From the human T2T-CHM13v2.0 reference genome, Homo sapiens: a stretch of DNA of 64,000 bases. The stretch's first letter is position 1; the number at the start of each line of letters is the position of its first letter. The DNA is taken from assembly GCF_009914755.1 (NCBI RefSeq), contig NC_060932.1. One strand, written 5' to 3'. The notes beneath the pieces were generated by a model. It saw only the letters and a program-made list of their open reading frames with translations, made no database searches and was not told where the DNA came from. The translations under genes were made by a program, and so were the position numbers. Shown here one piece after another: positions 25,131-39,085 of the stretch.

Positions 25131-26759
25131 CAATCATTTGTTTATATTCCTCACACTGCCCCAAATACCAGAGAGAGCTGGTGGGCCTGTTGCTTTCTCT
25201 TTATGTCATCTTCAAGGAAAAGAGGATGTTTATGCCTAGACCACTTGCAAATGATGCTTTGTAAGGCACCACTGCCAGTGAGGTCCCCAGAATTAGCAAG
25301 GTTCAGGGGGAAACTGGCCAGGGAGGAATGTTTTTCTACTTAGCCAAAAAGATTCGGCTCCTTTGAACACAGACTTTCTGCTCAGATGTCCTAATGCATT
25401 CCACATTTGGCCATTAAATCCTAATTGGAGGCCTGCTGGGGAAGGATGGGAGCCCAGCCTGCCAGCATTTCCTGGGTCACATCCCTGCAAGACCCAGCCT
25501 GGCCCCCTGCCCTTGTATGACCTGCCCTTTTGAACTCTTAATCCTACCCCTGGTCACAAAGAATTAGGAGCTCAATTTACTCCTGAAACCCCAGGAATGT
25601 CTCCTTTGGTCTTCCTCTTCTCATCTGTTACCTCTACTCCCCACCCACCTTTCACCCATCCGCACACACACGTACACACTTTGTTTTCCTTTCCTCCTCC
25701 TTGGTAAGAGGCAAGATGCTTTGTGGAAGCTTAATGGAAAAACTCCAAAAAACCCGAGCCTTTTATGATAAAACAATTGTCCTTGGTAAATGTCAGGCCT
25801 TGTATTTGATGATATTTATGACCTTTTTCTCTATTAGTCTGCCATTTTCCTGAGAAATCATGACCCTGGCTGTGTCAGCCTAGCCACACTAGTTTTATAA
25901 ATAGTAAATGTATGTGCATGAGAAGGAACTCTCCCTCCACAGCCAAAATGACTATCACATCAGATTCAGAGTATATCCCACTAGGTATCAATGAGCAATT
26001 AGAGAGATGAGATGAAGATAAAATAACCTTGAAATGATCACTTTAGAAATCCTGGATGATTCTGGAATTAGAGCTAGTCTTAGCTCTGCCACTTGCTGGG
26101 TACGCTACTTTGTACAGGTTGTGGTGCATCTTGGATCTGCAGTATTTTTATCTAGAAAAGAAGAAGAATAATAATACCTTTCTTCTAGAAGTGTTGCTGT
26201 AAGAATCAAACAAATGAGCTCTGAAGAAAGTCTTTTGAACAATTGAAACATTAATCAAATATCACTAGATTTAAATGATAAAGGGACCCCCTCTTCATTG
26301 ATAGGAACTTCAAAGTGAACTAAGACATGGGAATAATGATTGCCCTGAAATCTGCTAAAAACTATTTATCATGGCCAATGGCTACAAAATACAGTAAGAT
26401 AAATTTGAGTTCTAGCTAATAAATAATTTCCTAAGGTTCAGAACTGTAAGAGGATGAAGAGGGGTTCCTTGGAGACAGTGCTTCCCCTATCCTTTGGGCA
26501 ATTGCCTGCTGCCCTCTGAGAATATCAGTCTCTGGCTTCCTTCTGCTGCTGCAAGAAGTCAATCCTACTTTCTCACAGATGAACTCTGCTGTGGAAAAAA
26601 AGACTTCTTCAGTTACTGAGCCAACCCGGAGAAGTTCAGGACATAAGTCAGTAGCTACCAATGTCCCTGCCCAGGAGGGCTTTGAATTAAAGCACAAGGC
26701 TAGACCTGGATCCTGAAGCTGCCATCATCACTGCTGAGCATGACTTGTCTTAAAGAAAA

Positions 26760-27230
26760 TAAAGATCCATGCACATGTATGTTTATTGCAGCACTGTTCA
26801 CAATAGCAAAGACTTGGAACCAACTCAAATGCCCATCAATGATAGACTTGATAAAGAAAATGTGGCACATATACAGCACAGAATACTATGCAGCCATTAA
26901 AAAAGATGAGTTCATGTCCTTTGCAGGGACATGGATGAAGCTGGAAACCATCATTCTCAGCAAACTAACACAGGAACAGAAAACCAAACACTGCACGTTC
27001 TCACTCATAAGTGGGAGTTGAATAATGAGAATATGTGGACACAGGGATGGGAACATCATACACCAGGGCCTGTTGGGGGATGGAGGGTTAGGGGAGGGAT
27101 AGCATTAAGAGAAATACCTAATGTAGATGATGGGTTGATGGGTGTAGCAAACCACCATGTATACCTATGTAACAAACCTGCACATTCTGGACACGTATCC
27201 CAGAACTTAAAGTATAATAATAATAATAAC
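26760..27230 (+). mobile_element. 5'-truncated L1PA7/8-like element (ORF2 terminus plus 3' UTR)
   Basis: ORF 26740-27021 carries the ORF2p end (MFIAALFTIAKTWNQ...ETIILSKL...SLISGS); 3' UTR ends 'cccagaacttaaagtataataataataat'. Confidence 0.95.
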
Positions 27231-27239
27231 AAAGAAATA

Positions 27240-27490
27240 CAGTAGTTAAGAACATGGGTGCTTGCATCAGTCATGATTTCCAATTCTTGTTGTATCTCTT
27301 ACTAGTGTTATGGCACTGAGCAACTTAATTCAGTTTTCCAAGTCTCAGTGTTCCCATCTTTAATATGGGACTAAAGATAAGGCCTACCTTATAAGATCAC
27401 TGTGGAATTGAATGAAGTAATTCATTTAATGTACCTGACCCAGTCTCTATCATGGAGAAAGCTTTCAGTAAGGCCAGCTTTGGTTGTTAT
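27240..27490 (+). mobile_element. MIR
   Basis: 'gtagttaagaacatgg...gtctcagtgttcccatctttaatatggg...cctaccttataagatcactgtggaattgaatgaag'. Confidence 0.75.
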
Positions 27491-28049
27491 AATGATGACA
27501 GTGCTGATGATGAAGTAAATGATGGTGCTCTAAAACAGAATTTTTCTTGATTCACAGTAAACCCAAAAACCAGTTGAGTCCCAGAAGAACTCAATTCATG
27601 CCTGATCCTACAGTCAGTACACTTCAACTCATTGCTGGCTCTTTTGTGCAAGACTGTCTCTGGTTACGCTACCTCTCCTTAGTTCTGCTTTACTGAGTCC
27701 CAAGATCTTGCTAATCCTTATTCACCAGAAGAATGGAACCTGATCCTCTACATTCATCTCACTAGAAAAGGTCCTCATTCTTTTGAGTAGAATTAGGGCT
27801 CTAATTCTACAAAGACTCTAATTCAACAAGGGCCCTTCCATTTTCAAATATTCCTAGCTTGAGAGTTATTAACAAATCAGCACTACATGATTTTAAATCC
27901 ATGTACTTCTTCAAGATTTACAACTGAAATTGTCAGACTCTTCAAATACCCTCAGGAAAAAGCTAGAAACACAATACAATGTAAAGTAGAGATGGGAGAA
28001 GCTGGAGGCTCCAAGCACTGTATCCTGGGTATAGGGTGACAAGGAAATT

Positions 28050-28520
28050 ATAAAATACCCTTATTCTTTTCAAGTTTTTATTCTAGAAAAATGAGACACA
28101 CTAAACATAAAAATGCACAAGTAAATAAATGTGCAAACAGTAATAAGCGTAATGAAGAAAAAGTGGAGGATGCTGTAAGAAAATGATCAATTGGGAAGGA
28201 ATATCTTATGATGGTACCTCAGAAGAAGCGACTTTTAAGATTAGCTCTAAAGGATGAATAGCCGATGTCCAGGTATAGAGTAGAGGAAGGACCACCACAG
28301 ATAGAGGGAAAAACATGGACAAAGATTGCAAAACATGAAAAAAGCTGGCCAATTGCAGTAAATGAAAAAAACTACTGCCTGCTAAGTGGTGCTATGAGAG
28401 TTTGGTCAAGGGACAAATGCCGCAGAGCCTTGTGCACCAGATTACAGAGTAGCTAAAGGAAGGACCTTTAGCAGAAGAGTGGCGGGATCAGATTTGTACA
28501 GGACTACATCCTCTTAAGTC
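28050..28520 (-). mobile_element. L2 fragment
   Basis: 'cctcagaagaagcgacttttaagattagctctaaaggatgaatag', 'ccacagatagagggaaaaacatggacaaag'. Confidence 0.6.
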
Positions 28521-30921
28521 ACAGCGCAGGATTTAAACAGGCAACAACTGGTTGCAGTCTTGTAGTGCTACTACTGCTAATGCTTTGTTAAGTTAATGAA
28601 GAAGGAGAGGAAAGCTGACCGATGATGGTTGAGGTATGCTGCTTTTGGACTTGTTAGAAAACTATCCAGCAGTCACATATGTGGCTATAGCCACATCACT
28701 AGAATCTACAAGGCAAGACTCTTGTTTTGCATAGTGTCACATTCTCAGAGCCTAAAAATAATATGTGGCACATTGTCACCACTCAATGTTTTTGAACTAA
28801 ATTAATCAGACCTAAAATCAATTTGAGTAATCACCACCAGTGGGTTGCCTCTTCAGCTCCTGAATTCAGTAGGACACACTTCTAAAACACAGGTCTTCAG
28901 ACCATCTTACTCCATGACAAAGTGTTCTTAGGTCCTGGCAAGCATCCTTCTCAGACATTCCTGGCTGCTCATTTTTGGGAAATCAGGCCACAGGCTAACA
29001 CTTTTCTCAAAACTTAACAAAACAAAAAAATATAGTCAGACATTTGAACTGCTTGCTTTCTAGACCAGCAGATAAGAGAAGTTTAGGTAATAAGATGTCA
29101 CATATTGGCTTCTCTCAGTGTTCTCAAAATATTTTATATCAAGTGAAATTATATTAAGAATGTAAAATTAATCTTCATCTTCATACCTATGTGAACACTT
29201 TTAATGATAATATGATAAAAATGAAAGTATTTCTAGCTGAATAACTTGCAAGAGAACAAGAAATCAATTTTACTTATTAATAACATAAAATATATTTTGT
29301 GCTGATTTTTAATTTTTCTCTGCATTCCAAATAATTTTAAGTATACCCTTTATCCTATCTTTTAAAATGTGAAATGATTGTTCTAGTAGATGGTAGTTTG
29401 TTTGATGTGTTTAGGTGTCAAAATAAAATCCATTTCCAAAATTGTTTAGTTAGTATATTCTTAATCTCCAGAATCCTAAAATCTTGGACCCATAGAAACA
29501 AGAGGAAATGCCAGAAAGATAAAAAAAACTTCCAGGGGTTCATGTGTTCCAAGCTGTGAATGTAAGATCTCACACTTGCACAGGTGGAGTTTGTACTCCT
29601 GTCATTATTTTCAGGATAAATGTTTAAAATTTTCAACTTCATTTTGCAGTGGAATATAATTCCTATTATTGCATAGTCAATAAATGAAAGAGATAGGATT
29701 CCGAGACAGATCTTTCTGGGTCCAAATCACATCTTCTCAGTCACTACAGGCTACTTATAGACTAAAATATAATTATTGAATTAGTGAATCAGTGAATGAA
29801 TGAATGGATTATTTAAGTGGTAAGTGAAAGGGCCTTAACAAGACATATCTGACTTTAAATCCTGGCTTTGCCAGTTACCATTTTTAGCAGACTGTATTTT
29901 ATTTTTTCCTAAGTGTTCGCTTCACCATTTCCTTTAAGGGGATTAGACAGTTTTGTCGTTGCCAATGGGAGAAGAGCTGATTCGATGTTCTAGCGCAACT
30001 TCAGAGCCATCGCATGGCTGCATAGTGATCTCTCCTGTGAAGATAATATGTCCTGGATAGTGCATTCTCTTTCAGTCTATTTTCTTCAATATGAATATGT
30101 ATAAAACAGGGCCAAGTCTGACCCACAAAAAAATAAACATTTGTTGTTCTAAGATTCTAAAATAGTTTTGGTTGTTTATTTCTGCCTCACAAAATTTTTT
30201 TTTTAAATCTCAGTGATGCAATATTTATTTGATCTTAGCCACTCAGCCACTTCAAGCCTGAATTTCCTCATCTGTAAATGAGGATAATATGTATCTACTT
30301 TATAAGGTAAACATGTGGATTTGATGAGAAAACAAAGTAACTACACAGTGCCAGACACATAACATGTGCTATAAAAAGTAAGTCTCAAGTGTCTTCACTT
30401 ATTTGAAATGAAGAAGCTCTTCTCAAGCTCATACTGTCAAAGTGCTGCTTTATTGATTTCTCTTTTTTCTTAACTATCCATTCCAATTCAAGCCAACACC
30501 ATTTATTAAGCATATATTATGGGCAACATTCTTTGGCAGGTGTTGCACCTACAAAGCGTTATTTTCTCATTCATGCTTTCCAGTTGAGAAGCAACAGCAG
30601 CAGAAGAACAACATAAAAATTACAGGACAGGTACATAGGTTTCGGGCCTGAAGCAAATATGTGCCACCAAAGAGAATGTGGATTCCTACAAGTGTTTTAA
30701 TTAAGGGTTTTTAATATGTTCTGAGAGTTCACATAATCAAACCCAGTTAGTGGGCCAGGGAAACCAATCCAGATATTCAGACTATGGGACAGGATTGTTT
30801 TAGACTGGTATAAGTGCTGAAATGTGGAGAAAAGTTACCCAACATCACAGAAGTAGAAAGCGGGCAATCAAAGGGAAACATTAAAAATAGTGTTAAGAAT
30901 ATTTCTCAGCAGTAAAATGAA

Positions 30922-31045
30922 GAGTGGTGTTTCTCAAAGTGTGGTCCTCTGGACGTCTGTGTCAGAAACACCTAAGGAGGCTTATTACCAGGCAAATTTC
31001 TCGGCTTTGCCAAGACTTATCTTACTAGAATCTCTGATTGGCAGA
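30922..31045 (+). mobile_element. MER5A/B-like hAT MITE fragment
   Basis: 'gtttctcaaagtgtggtcctctggac...tcagaaacacctaaggaggcttattaccaggcaaatttctcgg...tactagaatctctg'. Confidence 0.7.
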
Positions 31046-31189
31046 GTTAAAGAAGCCACATCTGTATCTCTCCCCAGATTCATTTCAGGATCTTACTTTT
31101 GTCGTTGTTGCTGTTTGTTTTTTACTGCTCCATGAGAAGCAGGGCAAACTCATAGGCAGTGTGCCCAGAGTTGGCCTGGAATCTTACAT

Positions 31190-32070
31190 TTTTTTAATAC
31201 CACTGTTATATTACTTTATTTCTGATGTTTTTCTACCACACATAATTTTTACAAAATAAAATGTACAAATCCTGGATATTGAGTTTGTCATGATTTTAAC
31301 TCATTTGACCCAACTGAACCTACCTGGTCATTATCACCAGAAATAAAATATGGAACAATTCTATCATCTGAGAATGTTCCCTAGTGCCCTTTGCTAAACT
31401 CTTACTTTTGCTCAGAGATAGCTTGTTATTATTGGTTATATTTTCCTGTCCTCGGGCTTTATATAAATGTAATTATACAAAATATGTGTGTGTGAGTGTT
31501 TATGTATGTGTATATGTTTGTGTGTGGTTTGCTTAGCTCATCATATTTTTGAAATTCAGCCACACTGTTATAGGTTTAAGAAGTTTGTTCTTGCAAACAT
31601 TATTCCAAATTATGAATATATTAGAATTTTATTTGATTCCTCTGTTCATAGAGGTACAGGTTGTTTTAAGTTTTAGGCCATTATGCATATGGATGTTATG
31701 AACATTCTTATATTAATTTTTTATGGATATCTGTTTTTATTTCTCATATAAATATCTAGAAGTATAGGATTGCTGAGTCATATGGTAAGTATAGATTTAA
31801 ATTTATATGACATCAACAAACATCTTTGTGTTCCTATCACAGTGTTTAAGAGGTGTAATTGCTCTGTATCCTTTTGAGCAGTTGGCATTTTGTCTCTTTT
31901 ATTTCTGTCATACTAGTGAGCATGGAGTGGCTTAACCTGGTGGTTTTAACTTGTATTTCTCTAAAGAGTAATGAACTTAATTAACCTGTTAGTTAACAAT
32001 GCACTGCTAGATGTTTGTGTATCTTCTTTTGTAAAATGTTGATTGGAATCATTTCCCTCCATTTTTTTCA
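31190..32070 (-). mobile_element. L1ME-like 3' region
   Basis: 'tttatataaatgtaattatacaaaatatg', 'gaagtataggattgctgagtcatatggtaag', 'gtggttttaacttgtatttctctaaagagtaatga'. Confidence 0.75.
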
Positions 32071-32702
32071 TGCTCCCCACATTTGGAGAAGCAAAGCTGT
32101 GGAGGAAATATTCTGACCTCAGAATCCACAGACTTGGTTCTTACTGGCTCTGCCACAAATCAGTGTGTGAATTTGGGGTTAAGTTTGTCTATTTGCTTTC
32201 TCATCTACAAAATGAAGGTATTAACCCAGATCGTTCATTCACTTATTTTCTCTTCTGTGAAAGAAAAACCAAAGAGGGACATAAGGAAGTGAACAGTGAG
32301 ATCTGAAAAAATACATGTCTGACCTGCAGCATTTGCATAAAATTCTGCATTGCCATATAAAGCTTAAGTAATTAAAGGCTATTGTTTTGGTAATTATAGA
32401 AGCAAATATGTTGAGAATATTCTTATGCTAAAGGCTTTCCTCACCTCTCACCCTTACTCTTCCTGCATCACAATTCAAGTAGTCAATGCTCCCCAACTTC
32501 AAAAACTAGGGAAGTAGAGCTGGAGGGAGTGAGCCAGAATGCAGCAGTGAAGGTCCCTAAATTCCTTTCTCCTTTCTGGCCACCTCTGTGAAAGAGAAAA
32601 AAGAGTAAGATTGCTTTACAAAAGCAGAGCCGTGAGGATGTGTGCTTTGCTTGTCAGTTGAGGCTCCAGGATGATAAGAAGAAGGCAGCTGCAGGGAAAT
32701 AG

Positions 32703-32704
<2 letters not shown>

Positions 32705-32740
<36 letters not shown>
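32705..32740. repeat. (TG)18 microsatellite
   Basis: Perfect GT run; likely length-polymorphic. Confidence 0.97.
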
Positions 32741-32742
<2 letters not shown>

Positions 32743-33862
32743 CACTCTTGATAGCATCCCAGAAATTTTCCATACCCCAGCATGAGGTGGATCAGTTAAT
32801 TCACCATGTGTACCTAAGACCCAAAGAGGACTTGTAGGCAAGACAACGACAGCACAGGGCTCAGTAAATGTCTTACAAGATCAGCCTCCCCAGGACTCGG
32901 CAGGGTCTCTGTTATTCTAAAATCCACCCTGAGAAATATGTGCTGTGATGCTCTTAATTCACTTGGTTTTGCTTTCCTACTCACAACCAGGATAGTTGGA
33001 ACGATGTAAAAATTAAGTTAATGTATTTAAAAAGTGATATGTTTGATTCGTATAAGATTTTGTGGACTAAAATTTATACTTCTATACAAAGAATTTCTGA
33101 AGAGGTGTCCTAAAGCAACATATCTTGCCCAGGCAAGATCCCGTGCAACGAATGCAGCAGGTAATCTAAGAAGGGTGCCTGAGTCAGAACAACCAGAAAC
33201 TGTTCCCTTACAACACTTATCCATGCTGTCACCATTTTTTTTTAACAAAGAACAATTGGAGGCTAATCCAAGAACCCACTGTAGACTTTTTTTTTCTATA
33301 AAACTGCTTGTTTTTTTCTATAAAACTATATATTGAAGACTTACCTTGTCATGGCATATACTCTTAACAAATCCTTTTGCTGTCATCAAAAATGACTAAA
33401 TTATTGAACATCCTCATGTATGTACACTATTATACATCAGCACACGTTGTCCCATTCCTATGCTGGTAGTAGACATCATAAATCAAACCTGGTACTCTTT
33501 CCCAAGAACCTAGAAGTTGCTCAGAATCCTGCACCATTCAGATCTACAGGCAGCCATTGCTAATCGATCTGAGTCATCATAAAAACTGAAACTTCCTTTG
33601 GTCCCTTTTACAGACACTTGGCCTAGGTGGCTGAAATCTGGCTATTGGTGAAGAATATCCAACCCAAAATGAACAAAGTATGGTAAAATTTCATAATGAA
33701 GTCTATTTCTTATTTATAAATTAGGCATGAGATTTACTATTTCTCCCATATCCAACTTTATCTCTCTAGTTTGACAAGTAGTGCTTCTCTCTACACATCA
33801 TATATTTTCAAGCAAGGGATAACAAATTCTCTTACTTTATATACTCTTTCACAACTCTTTGA

Positions 33863-34208
<346 letters not shown>

Positions 34209-34334
34209 CCATTGTGTGTTTTTTTATGGCACCTTTCCCTCCCACCACCACCACCACCACCACTACTAGGGAGGATCTTCATATGAGACTATAAACTTCA
34301 AGATCAAGCTAGTTAAATATGAGCATTTTGCAGG

Positions 34335-34830
34335 TAGTTCCTGTTGTCACTCAGCTTTACAATCATTGTTCCTACTTCTCTCTACTTCTGAGGCTAGCAG
34401 CCTGTAAACTACATCTGTCGGACACCAAATGCCAGCTGTCTTTGTGTTAGCTTATGCCGTGGCAGGGGCCACTGATGGGAGCCTGGAAAGTGAAAGGGAG
34501 GAAAAAGCATGTTAATTACATCTTTTGGTGGCACCTTTGGTAGTGGCAGCAGCTGTGCTGGTGGCACATGTGTAGTTGTGGGCTCCTACTCAGGCAGCTA
34601 GTCCAACAGCACCAATGTTGTGGTGCAACGATTGTGGGCTCCGAGTAACATCATTCATTATTTTCTTTTTTTTGCAGCTTTTGGGGCAGTCTTATTGTTT
34701 TCTGCAGTTACTAACCTGTGACCTTCCCATCTTTGTCCCACCATTCCTTCTCACATCTTTGTAAACAGTTATCTGTTTCAAATTACTTATTTTTAAATAC
34801 TCAGAGAAGCTCCTGTTTTCCTAATGCATA
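34335..34830 (+). mobile_element. LTR33-like ERVL LTR
   Basis: 'gaggctagcagcctgtaaactacatc', 'ttctgcagttactaacc', 'catctttgtaaacagttatctgtttcaaatt...aaatactcagagaagctcctgttttcct'. Confidence 0.6.
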
Positions 34831-34995
34831 GCATAAAAAGCAAACAGGAAGATTTTCTTTTATGAGTTGCCTGCAAGGGGTCCTAAGAAGTTGAAATTGT
34901 TGTTATGAATCATATCCTGATAGCAAATCCCATCAGGCTCCCACTATTGGGCATTACCATTATTTAAAGCCTAAGCACTTGATCATGCTCTAGAA

Positions 34996-35220
34996 CAAGG
35001 GTCAGCAAACAATTCTGTAAAATGAGCCAGACAGTAAGCATTGTAGACTTCATGGATCATGTAGTCTGTGTTGCAAGTACTCAGCTATGCTATTATATCA
35101 TGAACATAGCCATAGACAATACATAAACAAGTGGGTATGGCTGTTTTCCAATAAAACTTTACTTATAAAAACAGGCAGTAAGCTAGATTTAGCCCCTTAG
35201 TTGTAGTTGTAGTTTCTCTG
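34996..35220 (+). mobile_element. MER58A (hAT-Charlie MITE) with a perfect 8-bp TSD
   Basis: 'caagggtcagcaaac...agccatagacaatacataaacaagtgggtatggctgttttccaataaaacttt'; TSD ctctagaa at 34988-34995 and 35221-35228. Confidence 0.93.
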
Positions 35221-36139
35221 CTCTAGAAAGTTGGAAATGGAAGAAGAGAGGTTGAAATTAATAGTCAATAAGAGAAACAATAATTCATTTCAATCATTCA
35301 TCGTTATTTATTTATTCAGTTTCCAATTCACTCATTCATCTACCAGTTATTTATTGATGCTGCTCTAGGCAATAGGGATAAAATGGTGAGTAAAATATAC
35401 ACATTACAATGAAGAAATATTTAATTTTATAGATTAAAGCATAAGAAAATCTAATTTCCAATAACTCTGTAAATATCTCTCAAACTCTAAATGCCAAGAC
35501 TTTTCCTATTAACTTTGCCTCAGCCCTTCTCATGGGCCACCTGCCTTTGTGTAATCCTGTCATGACTCTAACTCCTACTTAAGTTCATGCAATGAAAGGA
35601 CATTCATTAGACAGATGAGCATTCGCTTTCCAATCCAAGTGCAAGGCTTTAATCAGTCCTGAGAAACACTTAAAACACAAAGAGCCTCTAAATTGCATTA
35701 TCCCCTGGAAAGATGTGTCCGCTCCTACATGCACAAAACAATTCCATTGTTCTTATCATAGAAGAAACACAAAAGATACCACCAGAATGCTTTCATGTGT
35801 CCCCTACATAATGCCTATAATTAAATGCACTATGTACATGATTGAATAAAATTTCATTTACTTTTCAGCTTCTCTCAAATAACACTAGGATTTAGAAGAT
35901 CAAAGCAACAGGCCATTTTAAGTTTTGAGATTTTGTTTCACAAGCACTAGCATTAATCTATCAAGAACAGAAATATCTTTTATTATTCTCAAAAATAACA
36001 GTGGTAACTAAAGTCTCCCCAAATTCATATTTAATCTAATATTTAATTCAAAATTCTTTACACAACTAGTTTCCTCTCATCACAATATGTAGTGTTTTAT
36101 ATAATTTGCATTGTTTTTATCTTTTTACAATGTTTTTAC

Positions 36140-36930
36140 ATATTATTTTAATCAATTTCAAAGTTGAAAAACATTATAAGATTAGCGCAAAGAATTGCTG
36201 GATCCCCATTTACCCAGAGATGCCATTCAAGTTTTATCATTTTCCTAATAACTTTCTTTATGGTAAAAAGTTCCAATCCAGTATCACACATTGCTCCAAG
36301 TTGTCCTATCTCTCTGATTTCCTTTAACTTGAACCAGCCACTCAGCCATTCCTAGACTTTTCTTATGTTGATATTTTTGAAGATCATAGACAAGTTATTT
36401 TGCAGTGTCTCTCCATTTGGGTTTGTCCAATGTTTGACCATGATTAGATCCAGGTTATGTGTTTTTGGCCAAAACTTCACACCAGTAATGCTGTGTTCCC
36501 ATTGCCTCTTTTCTGGTGGCACATGATGCCCATTTGCCTCATTAATATATTAATTTTGATCACTTGGTGTCAGCCAGTTTTTCTACATTAAAATTACTTT
36601 TCTCACCTTTGTAGTTAACAGATATTTTGTGAGAAGTTTCTTTGACAAGGTGCAAAATCCTGTTCCAAATTCCATTTTCATTTCCTAGTTTTAGCATCCA
36701 TTGGTGTTTCTTACCCGAATGAATTCTTTCTATGACAGTTGTCAAAAGATTGGGCGACCCCATCATTTCATCTACATCTATATTATTGGTATCTAAAACC
36801 TTATCATCTCTCTATTTATTTATTGAAGACACATGGATTCCTATTTTATTCAGTGGGCTATAATCCTCTACTATCATCATTTGTATTGATGTGCAAATTG
36901 TCCCAGATTTGGCCAGTATGAGCCTCTTCT
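36140..36930 (-). mobile_element. L1MC4/5-like 3' region
   Basis: 'catttgggtttgtccaatgtttgaccatgattagatccaggttatg', 'ttttgatcacttggtgtcagccagttttt', 'caaattgtcccagatttggccagt'. Confidence 0.75.
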
Positions 36931-37176
36931 AAGAGGTTTGGAAACCTATCCAAAATGACACAGCTTGTAAGTGCTGGGGCCAGGAATAAAACCTACAGTC
37001 CTCATTCCACTGATTTCTAGAATATATATTTAGGCTTTTTAGAATAATAAGATAAACATTTTATGCCTCTATGAATATTCAGAATTAAGTATTCCACACT
37101 ATCTCCTCTTTAATTTATAGAATAGAAAGGATTTTGCTATGTGAGCAAAAACTGTTGCTTCAAATCACATTCTATT

Positions 37177-37545
37177 TGTTATGAATTGAGTGTTCGTGGT
37201 CCCCTCCAAATGTATCTGTTGAAGTCATAATCCCCAGTGTATTTGAAGGTGAGGCCTTTGGGAAGTAATTAGGTGTAGATGAAGTCATGGGGATGGAACC
37301 CTCATGATGAGATCATTGTCCTTAGAATCGGAGGAGGAGGTCAGAGCTTTCCCTTTGCACCATGTGAGGACACAGTGAGAAGGCAGTCATCTGCAAGCCA
37401 GAAAGAGAGGCCCTCCCCAGGAGGAGAATTTGCTGGCACCTTGATCTTGGTCTTCCAACCTGCAAAACTGTGAGAAATAAATGTCTGTAGCTTAAGCCAC
37501 CCTGTCTGTGGTGTTTCATTGCAGTAGCCCTAGCTGACTAAGACA
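37177..37545 (+). mobile_element. MLT1A-family MaLR solo LTR with a perfect 5-bp TSD
   Basis: 'tgttatgaattgagtg' ... 'gcagtagccctagctgactaagaca'; AATAAA near the 3' end; TSD ctatt at 37172-37176 and 37546-37550. Confidence 0.92.
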
Positions 37546-38811
37546 CTATTTTAACAAAATTAATACTGACATGATAAAAACAGATTTAAAATAACTAGAT
37601 TAAGATAATGGAAACAAACCACTATTGGCTCTATAAAAATCATCAAGAAATGCCATGCACACATTTTTAAATCAATGGCAGTAGCTCTTGATGTAGCTCT
37701 TTGAAGTTTACAAAATGTTTTCTGGCACATGGTCTTGCTTTAGAAGGGTAGAATTGATAGCATTTGTACATTTTTCTTACAGCTTAGGAATGCTAGGTTT
37801 TTATTATTAAAAGTCCCCTTCTCCAGCCAGTTAAGTATATGCTGGGAAGGAAGAATCGCAGGATAATGGCTGGAAAAAGCATGAAGACAGCATATGGGTA
37901 ACTTTCTCAGTGTCATTCTTTTCTGCTACCATTTACTGATCGTAATTCAACCTGTACTTACTAAAAGTTGCATTGCTTTTTGGGGCAAGTGCATCAGCGT
38001 GAGCCATCCCATAGAAAGCTGGGATATGCTGGACCTCATTACAGGAGATGACAAGAGGGTTCTGTGTGTGTTTGCTGCAGCCTCTAGCTTCCAGCTCTCT
38101 AGGTTGGCAGGGTCTATATGTCCCACATATCTGTAACGTTCAGCTCTTGTTACCGGTCAAAGTTCTCAGATTTCTTCTTCAGTGACAGCAAGGGCAATTG
38201 AGGACTTTGGTCAATGGTGACCATTCTGAAGTCTTACTAAAAGGCAGAAAGGGAAAGAGCACAATATGGAACCAGAGAAGCCTGGGTTTCAACCCTGACT
38301 CTGTGCCTTCCTAGTCCTGATGTCATAGGTGAGCGATTTTATTAATCTGAGACTTATTTTTATCATTATCATTTGAAAATGTGGACAATGCCGGAAGTAG
38401 TTTTGATTACATTATATACTGAATGTGATATGATTCACACATACCTAATGCTAGATAGCCTAGATAGAGTTTCCTCCAGAACTTCAATGTGTGGAATATT
38501 TGGGAAAGGCAAGGTGTGCATTGCGGTGCATTGAAACATCTAGGATTAAAATCATAATAAACAATAAAATGGCTTAAGAATCCACAGCAGAAAGAGCTGA
38601 TTGACTAGGATGACAGGCAATTATGTGGGGTCATGTGGCCGAGTAGGATTTGGATAGATGGTGAATAAGAAGGGAGAAAAGCAGTGGAACATTCTAGATG
38701 GTTTCATATTCATTTAAATGGCAATTAAACAATCATTTGACTGTCTATTAAGTGCCAAAAATTATGTAGACACTTTATTTTTAGGGGGTATGCAGAAACA
38801 AGTATAAAAGC

Positions 38812-39048
38812 TTTTTTTAAAAAATATTTTATCCTTTATTTTGGGTTCTGGAGTATAGATACTAATTTGTTATACAGGTAAACTCATGACTCAGGAGTTT
38901 GGGATACAGTTCTTTTGTCACCCAGGTACTAAGCATAGTACCCAACAGTTGCTGTTGTTGTGGTGTTGGTGGTTGTGGTTTTTCTGAACCTCTCCTTCCT
39001 TCCACCCCCTCCTTCAAGGAGTCCCCAGTGTCTGTTGTTCCCTTCTTT
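38812..39048 (-). mobile_element. L1PA15/16-like 3' UTR fragment
   Basis: 'tttgtcacccaggtactaagcatagtacccaacag' and 'ccccagtgtctgttgttccc'. Confidence 0.8.
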
Positions 39049-39085
39049 CTTATACTTTAAATATGATATTAAATAAGACAAGCTC

